From: a virus
Taxonomy: Duplodnaviria > Caudoviricetes
Reading direction: 5' to 3' (one strand)
Length of the DNA stretch: 31,231 nucleotides
Virus record (IMG/VR): IMGVR_UViG_3300026026_000012
Coordinates: 1 to 31,231 of that record
The notes beneath the pieces were generated by a model. The model worked only from the letters and a program-made list of their open reading frames with translations, made no database searches and was not told the origin of the DNA. A program made the position numbers and the translations under genes. Below, in pieces: positions 6,343 through 14,668 of this stretch (position 1 is the stretch's first letter; each line of letters begins with the position of its first letter).

Positions 6343-6801
6343 ATGGCAGACGGAGAGCCAAAGCGCGTCCAGACCCAGGCCCAGCGAGACGCTCTCAAGC
6401 AGCACGCGATCAAACCCGGAGAGGTCAGGAACAAATCAGGAGCGAACGGCTGGAAGAAAGCTCAGTCTAGGATCGCTAGGTTCCTTCGCGAGGCAGACCC
6501 GGACGATCCGCGCAGGTCAAGCCGGTGGGACAACCTTCTCCTGGCGGCGTACGAGACGGCCCTGATTCGCGGCCTCAAGGGCTCGGCGGATCGCAAGCTG
6601 CTGATCGAGCAGGTTGCAGGGAAGGCGCGTGCGCAGCTCGATCTGAACGCCAGCGTAAGCGGACTGCGCGTGTTGGCAGTGTTGCCCGACAACGGACGCG
6701 GACCTGGAGACCCAGAAGATCCAGACGACGGAACTGGCGGCGCCGCCCCAGCAGCGGCCCCAGCGGTGGATACCGATGCAAGCGACGGCACAATCGAGTA
6801 G
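6343..6801 (+). CDS. terS: Terminase small subunit (DUF5681-like motif)
   Basis: IKPGEVRNKSG motif, LPDNGR near the C-terminus, overlaps terL; start may be 6307. Confidence 0.72.
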   Translation: MADGEPKRVQTQAQRDALKQHAIKPGEVRNKSGANGWKKAQSRIARFLREADPDDPRRSSRWDNLLLAAYETALIRGLKGSADRKLLIEQVAGKARAQLDLNASVSGLRVLAVLPDNGRGPGDPEDPDDGTGGAAPAAAPAVDTDASDGTIE

Positions 6802-8173
6802 CGACTACGATCTCGTGGTCGGCCCGCAACCTGGTTTCCAGACGCGGTTTCTGTCGTCGCGAGCCGACATCACGATCGGAGGCGGGGCTGGCGGCGCAGG
6901 CAAGAGCTACGCCGAGCTGCTCGCACCGGTGAAGTGGGTTCATCTGCCGGACTTCCGCTGTACGTTCTTCCGCCGGTCGATGGAGGAAATCCGCGACCAT
7001 GGCGGGCTCTGGGACGAGAGCGTGAAGCTGTATTTGCCGATGGGCGCCCGACCCATAGAGCACACGGCGGAATGGCGCTGGCCGCTCGGGGCCCGCATTT
7101 CGATGGATCACCTGCAGTACGAGCACACGGTCTTCGGGAAGCAGGGGTCCCAGATCGCGCTGCTCATCTTCGACGAGCTTACCCACTTTCTTGAGTCCCA
7201 ATTCTGGTACATGCAGAGCCGAAACCGCAGCGGATGCGGCATCAGGCCCTACACGCTCGCGACGTGCAACCCAGACCCGGACTCGTGGGTGGCGAAGCTG
7301 ATCGCATGGTGGATCGACCAGGACACCGGATTCCCGATTCCTGAGCATGCGGGGAAGCTCCGCTACTTCACTCGCCTCGATGGCGAGATGGTGTGGGGTA
7401 GCAGCAAGCGCGAGGTCCTAGCCCAGCTTCCACCCGGCTCAGGAGTGACCGCCATCGACGTGCAGAGCCTGACCTTCATTCCCGGAACGCTCGACGACAA
7501 CCCGCGCATGGTCGACAAGGATCCGAAGTACCGCGGGAAGCTGCTGGCCATGACCCGCGTGAATCGCGCGCGGTTGCTCGAGGGAAACTGGAAGGTGCGG
7601 GCAGTGTCGGGCAGCTACTTCCGCAGGTCCGACGTGAAGATCGTCAAGACGGTGCCATCAGACATCCGCGCGGTGACGAGGCGCTGGGACCTGGCCGCCA
7701 CCGAGCCAACGGATTCGTGCCGTGATCCTGACTGGACGTGTGGCGTGAAGATGGGTCGCTATCCAGATGGCAGGTTCATCGTCATGCACGTCGAGATGGC
7801 GCGCAAGCGGGCAAACGACGTGCGCGCGCTCATCAAACGGCTGGCCGAACAGGACGGAGAATCGTGTTCCGTCGGCGTCCCCCAGGACCCAGCACAGGCC
7901 GGCAAGGAGCAATCCGAGAGCTACGTTCTATTCCTCGCCGGGTTCAACCCATACGCCGACCGCGAGACGGGCGACAAGGAGACGCGCGCCGAACCGTGCG
8001 CAGCTCAGTGGCAGCACGGCAACATCGACGTGCTCGAGGGCGCGTGGAATGAGCAGTTTTTCAGCCAGCTCGAAGCCTTCCCGGACCCCAAGGTTCATGA
8101 CGACGCCGTCGACGCGCTCTCCGGTGCCTTTCGCCGAGTGCTCGAAGACGACGACCCATTCCGCTATTACTGA
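6776..8173 (+). CDS. terL: Terminase large subunit
   Basis: PQPGFQ, Walker A GGAGGAGKS, Walker B LLIFDE, motif III ATCNP, nuclease WDLA and HDDAVDA. Confidence 0.96.
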   Translation: MQATAQSSSDYDLVVGPQPGFQTRFLSSRADITIGGGAGGAGKSYAELLAPVKWVHLPDFRCTFFRRSMEEIRDHGGLWDESVKLYLPMGARPIEHTAEWRWPLGARISMDHLQYEHTVFGKQGSQIALLIFDELTHFLESQFWYMQSRNRSGCGIRPYTLATCNPDPDSWVAKLIAWWIDQDTGFPIPEHAGKLRYFTRLDGEMVWGSSKREVLAQLPPGSGVTAIDVQSLTFIPGTLDDNPRMVDKDPKYRGKLLAMTRVNRARLLEGNWKVRAVSGSYFRRSDVKIVKTVPSDIRAVTRRWDLAATEPTDSCRDPDWTCGVKMGRYPDGRFIVMHVEMARKRANDVRALIKRLAEQDGESCSVGVPQDPAQAGKEQSESYVLFLAGFNPYADRETGDKETRAEPCAAQWQHGNIDVLEGAWNEQFFSQLEAFPDPKVHDDAVDALSGAFRRVLEDDDPFRYY

Positions 8174-8182
8174 GGTGCCCTC

Positions 8183-10222
8183 ATGTCCATCCTCGACATC
8201 TTCCGCCGCAAGCAAGCAGCCGTATCCACCGAGCTGAGCGCGACTGTCGCCCAATACGTGCAGGCGCGAGCCCAGACCGATGTCGACAATCCATACGGCC
8301 CGTTCGCGAACCGAGAGGCCTACGACCAAGTGGCGAATTGGATGAGCGGCCAAGGCGGCGCGAATGACCCAGCCGTAGCCGCCCAGTGGATGCAGGCCAT
8401 CACCGAGAACTGGCAGAGCCTGGTCAACGTCTACCGCGTCTCGTGGCTGGCAAAGAAGATCGTCCGAAAGAAGCCTAGGGACATGTTGCGCCCGGGCTAC
8501 AACCTGATATGGGAGGGCAGCGGCGAGAAGCGAGGAGAGCGAGGCAAGAAGGGCGGCAAGGGGAAGGTAAGGGAGACGGAGGCCGACCGCGTCCGCAAGG
8601 CATGCCGGCGCCGGTGGAATGCTGACCAGCTCGTGGTCGAAGCCGCCACGTGGGCGCGACTGTTCGGCGGCTCCGTGATTGTCCTTGGCATCAAGGGTCA
8701 GCTGCTGTCAGACCCGTTGCCGATCGTCGAAGGTTCTGTGGACTACTCAGTGATTGGCAAGGGAGGCCTTGAATGGCTGCGCGTCTACGACCGATGGCGC
8801 GCGAACCACGACGGGCAGATCGACGCTGACCCGTTATCGCCGAACTACGGCAAGCCGCTCTATCACGTCCTCTCGGCCGACGCAGGTGGCATGCAGGGTC
8901 AGCGCGTGCACTGGACACGGGTCATCCGCTTCGACGGTGACGTGGTGCCGTGGTGGACCTATCGCGCGAATGCCTGCTGGCACGACAGCACGCTGCAGGT
9001 CTTGGTCGACTTGCTCAAGCAGTACGATTCGATGACCGGCGCCATCTCGTCCTTGATCCCGAAGGCTCGGCAAGACGTCGTGATGGCCAAGAAGGCGGCC
9101 GAGATGCTGAGCACCGATGCTGGCTCACAGAAGATGGCCCGTCGCTACGCCGCCACGGCTCGAATGGCATCCATGTACAACGTGGCGGTCTACGACTTGG
9201 ACACCGAGAAGAGCGAGCAGCGTACGTTTCAGTTTTCTGGCCTCGACAAAATCTGGGAAAAGTCCATGAAGGAGGTAGCGGGCGCCACGGGCTACCCGGT
9301 GTCCATCCTGTTCGGCGACGAGCCAGCGGGAATGAACGCCACGGGAGATGCTAGCCTGCGCAACTACTACGACGAGCTGGCTGGAGAGCGCGAAGAGCAG
9401 GTGGCGCCGCAACATCTCGCCCTGCTTGAGGTCATCACCCGCAATGAGCTTGGCCGCCTGCCCGACGGCTTCTCGATTGAGTATCGCCCGTTCATGCAGA
9501 TGAGCGCGGCGGAGTTGTCCGACATCAACCTCAAGCGCAGCCAGGCGGATCACCAGCGCATCGAGGACGGCATCATCACGCCGGGCTTGGCCGCGCGCGA
9601 GACCAAGGAAGACTCGCTCTACAAGACCATGGCCCAGGAGGATGTTGATCTGGCAGAGCTCGATGTGCCAATGCCAGATGACGACGCCGATACGGATGGA
9701 GACGCGGACGCGACCGAGACGGCGGCCACCGGCAACGCATCCCTAGCCCTCACGCCGACCATGCAGGGGTCGATCATCACGGTTAACCAGGCGCTGGCCA
9801 CAATGGGATTCCCGGCGTGGCCTGACAGCGACGGACTGCTGACCATCGCAGAGTTTCAGGCGAAGCACGCCGCAACCGTGGCGACGGCAGCCAACGCGAA
9901 TGCCGGCTCTGCGCCAGGAGAGGAATCGTTCGGGCTAGATGGATTTGACCCAGAACAGCCCAGAGATCCGAATGGTCAGTGGGCTGGCGGTGCAGGAGGC
10001 GGATCCGGGTTGTCATCGCTCAGTGAGGAAGAGCATGCTCTCGCTCGCGAGATGTCGTCTGGCAAGAGCGACAAAAAGGTCATGGCGTCGCTCGGGATCT
10101 CGCACGAGAGGGCAATGGCGATGGCTCACGAGATCCGAACGAAGCTTGGCGTAGGCATCGGGCAGTCTCTCAAAGAACGATACAAGTCGCTCGTCAAGCA
10201 GAGCAAGAAGAGTGCTTCCTGA
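8183..10222 (+). CDS. Portal protein (DUF1073-like) with long C-terminal extension ending in a LuxR-like HTH
   Basis: Follows terL; YRVSWLAKKIV, WARLFGGS, VHWTRVIRFDG, GYPVSILFGDEPAGMNATGDASLRNYYD. Confidence 0.9.
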   Translation: MSILDIFRRKQAAVSTELSATVAQYVQARAQTDVDNPYGPFANREAYDQVANWMSGQGGANDPAVAAQWMQAITENWQSLVNVYRVSWLAKKIVRKKPRDMLRPGYNLIWEGSGEKRGERGKKGGKGKVRETEADRVRKACRRRWNADQLVVEAATWARLFGGSVIVLGIKGQLLSDPLPIVEGSVDYSVIGKGGLEWLRVYDRWRANHDGQIDADPLSPNYGKPLYHVLSADAGGMQGQRVHWTRVIRFDGDVVPWWTYRANACWHDSTLQVLVDLLKQYDSMTGAISSLIPKARQDVVMAKKAAEMLSTDAGSQKMARRYAATARMASMYNVAVYDLDTEKSEQRTFQFSGLDKIWEKSMKEVAGATGYPVSILFGDEPAGMNATGDASLRNYYDELAGEREEQVAPQHLALLEVITRNELGRLPDGFSIEYRPFMQMSAAELSDINLKRSQADHQRIEDGIITPGLAARETKEDSLYKTMAQEDVDLAELDVPMPDDDADTDGDADATETAATGNASLALTPTMQGSIITVNQALATMGFPAWPDSDGLLTIAEFQAKHAATVATAANANAGSAPGEESFGLDGFDPEQPRDPNGQWAGGAGGGSGLSSLSEEEHALAREMSSGKSDKKVMASLGISHERAMAMAHEIRTKLGVGIGQSLKERYKSLVKQSKKSAS

Positions 10223-10305
10223 TTACCCAAGAACTCGCGATGCGCGAGAACAAACGCGAATGCCTGGACAGTGGCGACGTCCGAGGAACCATCCGTGCTC
10301 GACGC

Positions 10306-10333
10306 TTGACCGATGCGTAGGATCAGCTACCAT
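10306..10333 (+). promoter_or_regulatory. Putative sigma70-type promoter for the glycosyltransferase cassette
   Basis: TTGACC-N16-TACCAT in the intergenic gap; ATG 10340 lies at the expected +1. Confidence 0.45.
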
Positions 10334-10339
10334 CATGGC

Positions 10340-10453
10340 ATGCAAGGCACCGCCGTCTTTCGTCCGCCGAACTCGGCCGCGCGCGTCCCTGGTGCCTTGC
10401 AGTGCCAGGTCAGCAAGCGCGCGGCCGAGTCGGGCGGACGAAGGGTCCCATGA
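10340..10453 (+). CDS. Possible leaderless 37-aa peptide (MQGTAVFRPPNSAARVP...GGRRVP)
   Basis: Starts at the predicted +1 and ends in an ATGA overlap with the next gene. Confidence 0.35.
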   Translation: MQGTAVFRPPNSAARVPGALQCQVSKRAAESGGRRVP

Positions 10454-11130
10454 GACTGTATGCATGCTACACGCCGACGCACCTGCCGCTCGTCTCGAAC
10501 GTGTTTCTGCCGTCGCTGCCGGCTACGTGGTCGCGCAACGGGGTGGCGCTGTTCGACTCCGAGGTGGTGCTCAAGCAGTTGCCCCAGCGAACCGTAACCG
10601 GTTCCTACGGCACCGACGGATTCAATGCCACGTGCATGGACAAGGTCGACCTGATATTGGGAGCCATCGAACGCGAGCGCGAGCCGTTCCTTTACAGCGA
10701 CGTCGACGTGCGGTTCTACGGGCCCGTGGTCGACGACCTGATGGCGTGCCTCGGCGACAACGATATGGCCTGCCAGTGGGACGGCCAGGGCGGGATGTGC
10801 GCTGGGTTCATGGTCATCAGGCCGAGTGATCGGGCGTATTCGTTATGGCGTCGCGTGCGCGATGAGATGAAGAAAGGGCCGAGTCTGCACGATCAGGACA
10901 TGCTCAACTTAGGCATCAAGGATTTACTGGCCGTGGCATGCGTACCACTTCCGACGCGCTACTGGACAGTCGGGCTCGCGGGCTCCGTCTGGCGTCCTGG
11001 CCGGCCAGTGAACCCTCCCGCCGACATGTTGGTCCATCACGCGAACTGGACCATCGGAGTTGCGAACAAGCTGGCGCTGCTCGAGGCGGTGCGACTTGTG
11101 CGCGAGGGCGTGACGAAGGCAAGCTCATGA
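10450..11130 (+). CDS. Nucleotide-diphospho-sugar transferase (GT-A, Nucleotid_trans-like)
   Basis: FLYSDVDVRF (DxD), MCAGFMVIR, HDQDMLN, VHHANW. Confidence 0.85.
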   Translation: MRLYACYTPTHLPLVSNVFLPSLPATWSRNGVALFDSEVVLKQLPQRTVTGSYGTDGFNATCMDKVDLILGAIEREREPFLYSDVDVRFYGPVVDDLMACLGDNDMACQWDGQGGMCAGFMVIRPSDRAYSLWRRVRDEMKKGPSLHDQDMLNLGIKDLLAVACVPLPTRYWTVGLAGSVWRPGRPVNPPADMLVHHANWTIGVANKLALLEAVRLVREGVTKASS

Positions 11131-11985
11131 ACTTGAGGCGCGTTTTTGATCGAATCGCCGACGTCATTGACCCGGCTGTTCGGCGCCGGCACATGATAGT
11201 GGGCCAGCTCGCACGCCATCCATTGGGCGCAACGGCCGCCGCGCACCAGATTGCCAGCGATGCCGTCCGCGCATGCTGCCCGCCCCATCACCCGCTGCCG
11301 CTCGCGATCGTTCTGCAGATGTGGCGAGGCGATGCCAGGCAGGCCATGCGGCTGGCGCGGTTCATCGCCGATCTGGAGCCCACCCGGCGCTCAGACGTGG
11401 CGCTGGTGTTCGCTCGGCGGTTCGACCTGCCTCTGCTGTCCGAGATCGAAGAAACCATGCTCTACTGTGGCCACAAGTCGGCGCGAGGCCACCGGACACC
11501 CAGACGGGTGCTACGGCCTGTGGGCTGGGTCAGTCGAGGTCCTGGCCGAGCAGAGATGCGCGGCATGGCCGTACGACAACGTTCTGACCATCGAGGCTGA
11601 CGGCGTTCCCCTGCGGTGGGATTGGATCGACCAGATCAAGCGCGTGCACGCCGAGCATCTGGACAGCGGGAAGCGCATCACGGGCGTACGCATGTTCCAG
11701 GGCCAGCGTCACGTCAACGGAACGATGGCAATGCACCTGTCGTGCTGGGACGATCATCCGTCGCTTCATCGGTGCCGGGCTGGGCAACCCTGGGATTGCT
11801 TCCACGGCCAGACGCTGCTGCGTGAGTGTGGAGACCGCTCGGCCATCGTGAATCTGTATGGCGTCCAGGACGTGTCACCGTCTGTCTTTTCCATCCTTGG
11901 GCACGAACATGCGTGGCTGGCGAGTTCGAAGGATGAGAGCGCGTGGCGGTGCGCGCAGGGACTTCTGGCCGAAAGGCGACTATGA
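11127..11985 (+). pseudogene. Glycosyltransferase-like gene split by a frameshift near 11475-11480
   Basis: N-terminal half reads in the 11127 frame to ...MLYCGHK; C-terminal half in the +1 frame (SRREATGHPDG...LTIEADGVPL...HVNG...WD); ATGA overlaps at both outer ends. Confidence 0.6.
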
Positions 11986-12740
11986 CCACCATCGACTTCC
12001 TCGTTGTGACCTACCCGGCTGACTACGTTTGGCTGCGCTACCTGTTCCGATCGATCGAAAAGTACGCCACCGGGTTCCGCAAGCTGATTCTGGTCGTCGA
12101 AGAACGCGAGCCGCTACCCGATGACCTGCCCACCTACGTGGAGGTCAAGCGCTGCAGGAACTACCTGCGCCGGGGTGAGGCGCCGAGCTCTCCAGGGGAC
12201 GTGTCGGGCTACTTCGGCCAGAGCATCGAGGGCATGCGGGCGCACCAGCACAGCGACGCCGAGGTGATTTGGATCCTGGAGAGCGATTGTGTGTTCAAGC
12301 GCCCGATCGACCTGCAGAACGACCATAACTACCCAGTCGCGCGCCCGGAAATCATATGGCGACCATGGGAAGACGCCGGACCGGCGAAATGCTGGGCAGA
12401 TGCCGTGCGCGACCTCCTCCAGCACGAGCCGCCCGCCGAGTGCGGATGCTGTCTGCCGTTCATCTATCCGCGTGGACTCTATCGGGCTACGTGGGAGCAC
12501 GTTGGGGGTGAGACCGCCCTGGTCGAGGTGGTCAAAACAGGCAAGTCACTGAGCCAGTGCAACGTGATTGGAAACTACGGGCTCATACTGGAGGACATGT
12601 TGGGCGAGCAGCCAGCGTTTCGCTCGCGCCGATGCACCGCCGAGCAGATCGCCCGCCAGTGCATTCACCAGTTCTGGAGTCACGCTGGCATCAACGATCC
12701 TGCGGTTCAGTCTAAGCTGCGTGAGCTTGGGCTGTCGTAG
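11982..12740 (+). CDS. GT-A-like protein (DUF6492-like)
   Basis: IDFLVVTYPADYVWLRYLFRSI, GYFGQ, WILESDCVF, QFWSH. Confidence 0.7.
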   Translation: MTTIDFLVVTYPADYVWLRYLFRSIEKYATGFRKLILVVEEREPLPDDLPTYVEVKRCRNYLRRGEAPSSPGDVSGYFGQSIEGMRAHQHSDAEVIWILESDCVFKRPIDLQNDHNYPVARPEIIWRPWEDAGPAKCWADAVRDLLQHEPPAECGCCLPFIYPRGLYRATWEHVGGETALVEVVKTGKSLSQCNVIGNYGLILEDMLGEQPAFRSRRCTAEQIARQCIHQFWSHAGINDPAVQSKLRELGLS

Positions 12741-13043
12741 TCATGGCGTCTTGCTTTCAGGTTCGGATGGTGACAGCGGCTCGAGGTACGCCGGGATGAA
12801 CGCCACCTCTTCGAGCGGGCAGTCATCTTCGGAAGCCGGCTCGGTCCCGTAGCGCCGCATGCGGATGCGGTAGCCGTTCCTGTCGAAGTCGAAGTCGAAG
12901 TCGAAGTCGATGGTGATGTCCGAGGCTGCTCGAACATGCATGAGTCCGACGACGATCTCGGTAGGCTCGTCTTCGGTTCTCTGCTTTTCGAGGTCTACAT
13001 TTGGATACCAGAGATCGACGAGTTTTTGCATGGCAGCGCTCAT
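12741..13043 (-). CDS. Hypothetical acidic protein with (DF)n tract (100 aa)
   Basis: ATGA overlap with the upstream minus-strand gene; converges on the GT cassette with abutting stops. Confidence 0.7.
   Translation of the reverse strand: MSAAMQKLVDLWYPNVDLEKQRTEDEPTEIVVGLMHVRAASDITIDFDFDFDFDRNGYRIRMRRYGTEPASEDDCPLEEVAFIPAYLEPLSPSEPESKTP
12882..12910. repeat. Hexamer microsatellite (GTCGAA)x4.8
   Basis: GTCGAAGTCGAAGTCGAAGTCGAAGTCGA; encodes the DF repeat tract on the minus strand. Confidence 0.95.
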
Positions 13044-13282
13044 GGCGCCTTCCCCGCGGCGTCCCGCTCTGCAAACCGCTTCTCGAACAAGGCCAGTGTG
13101 CTTTCCGCCAGGTCCCCGCCAAGGGCCGCCACCTGCACTGTGCGCGAGCCAATGCCGAGGAACCGTGCCGTCTGTGCAAGTCCCTTTGCGGCCACGAGCT
13201 GAGACAGCCGCGCTCGCTGCTGCTCGTTGAGCTTTACCGTCGCCCTGCGTTTCGACTGCGTGTCACATGACGTTTGGTCCAT
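13040..13282 (-). CDS. Small HTH-like DNA-binding protein (80 aa)
   Basis: MDQTSCDT...GLAQTARFLGIGSRTVQVAALG; AT-richer promoter-like DNA directly upstream. Confidence 0.62.
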   Translation of the reverse strand: MDQTSCDTQSKRRATVKLNEQQRARLSQLVAAKGLAQTARFLGIGSRTVQVAALGGDLAESTLALFEKRFAERDAAGKAP

Positions 13283-13285
13283 GTC

Positions 13286-13317
13286 ATTATGACTATCAAA
13301 TTGAGCGCATCTGTCAA
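13286..13317 (-). promoter_or_regulatory. Putative leftward promoter
   Basis: Perfect TTGACA (13317-13312) and downstream TGATAGTCATAAT; spacing to CATAAT is 20 nt, so the -10 assignment is uncertain. Confidence 0.4.
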
Positions 13318-13359
13318 GCAGTCGTTTCGACAAAGGGTAATTTGCCGTACGACTAGATC

Positions 13360-14262
13360 GTGGGTCTGCATTTGGCGATTCTGCACGCGGGCGCCCGGGC
13401 ACACCGGAGGCGCCACGGGAATGCTCGACCTCAACGCCGGGCCCGACCCATCTACCCGAACCACCGCGCTGAGCTGAACTACCGGGCCGGTCTCCTGCGC
13501 CTGGTAGCCAAATGCCGCGCGCTCGTCGATGAGTACCTGGACAGCCTCCGCCACCGGTGGCCGCGCCCGTCAGAAGATTCCGCACCACAGCTCGCCGCCG
13601 ATGCTTCGTTCCTCCCTCCGGGCGTCGGCGGCGAGCTGGACCGTTTGGCCGCCAAGCTCGGCAACCTGGACGCGATGGCGAAGCAGCTGGCAGGGCTTGC
13701 GGTAGAGGCGAATCGGGACAGCGTCGACGAGCGACTGGCACGCGAGATCAACCGGGTCGTTGGCGTGGACATCAAGGGCATGCTCGCGACCAATGGGCAA
13801 CTCCTGCAGGCCATGCAAGAGGCCGCGCGTGACAACGTAGCGCTTATTCGGTCCATCCCCGAGCAGTACCTCGACCGCGTCCATTCGACCGTCACCGACG
13901 GCTGGTCCAACGGGGTCCGCTGGGAGTCGCTGGTCGAGCAGATTCAGCGCGACGGCGACATCACCGAGGTACGAGCGAAGCTCATCGCCCGCGATCAGAC
14001 CGCCAAGATGAACTCGTCGTTCAACGAAATACAGCAGCAGAGCGTGGGCGTCGATGAGTACGAGTGGAGCACCAGTGCCGACGAGCGCGTGCGCGACAGC
14101 CACGCTGCGATGGAGGGCAAGCGCTGTCGCTGGGATGAGCCGCCGATCGTAGACGATGAGCCCGTCCACCCGGGCGAGGCGATCAACTGCCGCTGCGTCG
14201 CCATTCCAGTAATCGACATGGAGGCCGGGGCCTCCATTGACCTTGGCCAGGAGGCCGCATGA
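13360..14262 (+). CDS. Minor head / head morphogenesis protein (SPP1 gp7, Mu F family)
   Basis: RAKLIARDQTAK, YEWSTSADERVRDSH, HPGEAINCRC. Confidence 0.93.
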   Translation: MGLHLAILHAGARAHRRRHGNARPQRRARPIYPNHRAELNYRAGLLRLVAKCRALVDEYLDSLRHRWPRPSEDSAPQLAADASFLPPGVGGELDRLAAKLGNLDAMAKQLAGLAVEANRDSVDERLAREINRVVGVDIKGMLATNGQLLQAMQEAARDNVALIRSIPEQYLDRVHSTVTDGWSNGVRWESLVEQIQRDGDITEVRAKLIARDQTAKMNSSFNEIQQQSVGVDEYEWSTSADERVRDSHAAMEGKRCRWDEPPIVDDEPVHPGEAINCRCVAIPVIDMEAGASIDLGQEAA

Positions 14263-14666
14263 GCACCGACAAGCGAATCTACCGAGAGTTGGCCATGGCA
14301 GGAAACGAGCACGCCAAGAACATCCTCGATGCTGGCGTGATTCCAGACGCCGAGATGGACCAGACCGTGACATCCGAGGCGGAGGAGTTGAAGGACCTCG
14401 AAGAGCTGGCTGCGCACCTCGGCATGATGCTGACCAAGGCCCGGGCGCACATCGAATCCCGCGACTACATGCGGGCCGCCGACACCTTCGCGGAGATCGG
14501 CCAATTCCACGAGAAGCAGGGAAATCACCGCGAGGCGATGGATGCCTACCGCGCCGGCATGACCAACATGTTCCAGCACGCGAGCGATTGCGGCTACGCC
14601 GAGGGCTACGACCTGCCCCAGATTCGCGCCATCCACGCACGACAAAACGCGGAGGGCAGCAAGTAG
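14259..14666 (+). CDS. Hypothetical helical (TPR-like) protein
   Basis: AGGAGG SD, ATGA overlap; DYMRAADTFAEIGQFHEKQGNHREAMDAYR. Confidence 0.72.
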   Translation: MSTDKRIYRELAMAGNEHAKNILDAGVIPDAEMDQTVTSEAEELKDLEELAAHLGMMLTKARAHIESRDYMRAADTFAEIGQFHEKQGNHREAMDAYRAGMTNMFQHASDCGYAEGYDLPQIRAIHARQNAEGSK

Positions 14667-14668
14667 CC

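Noticed and set aside
6017-6565. 182-aa ORF before terS
   Set aside because: Overlaps terS out of frame, crosses the AT-rich patch, and has no SD or motif; its 5' part cannot be fully excluded
8183-9700. Anti-CBASS Acb1 nuclease, a label often given to DUF1073 proteins
   Set aside because: Position and motifs indicate portal; no paired HxT/S 2H-phosphoesterase domain was recognised
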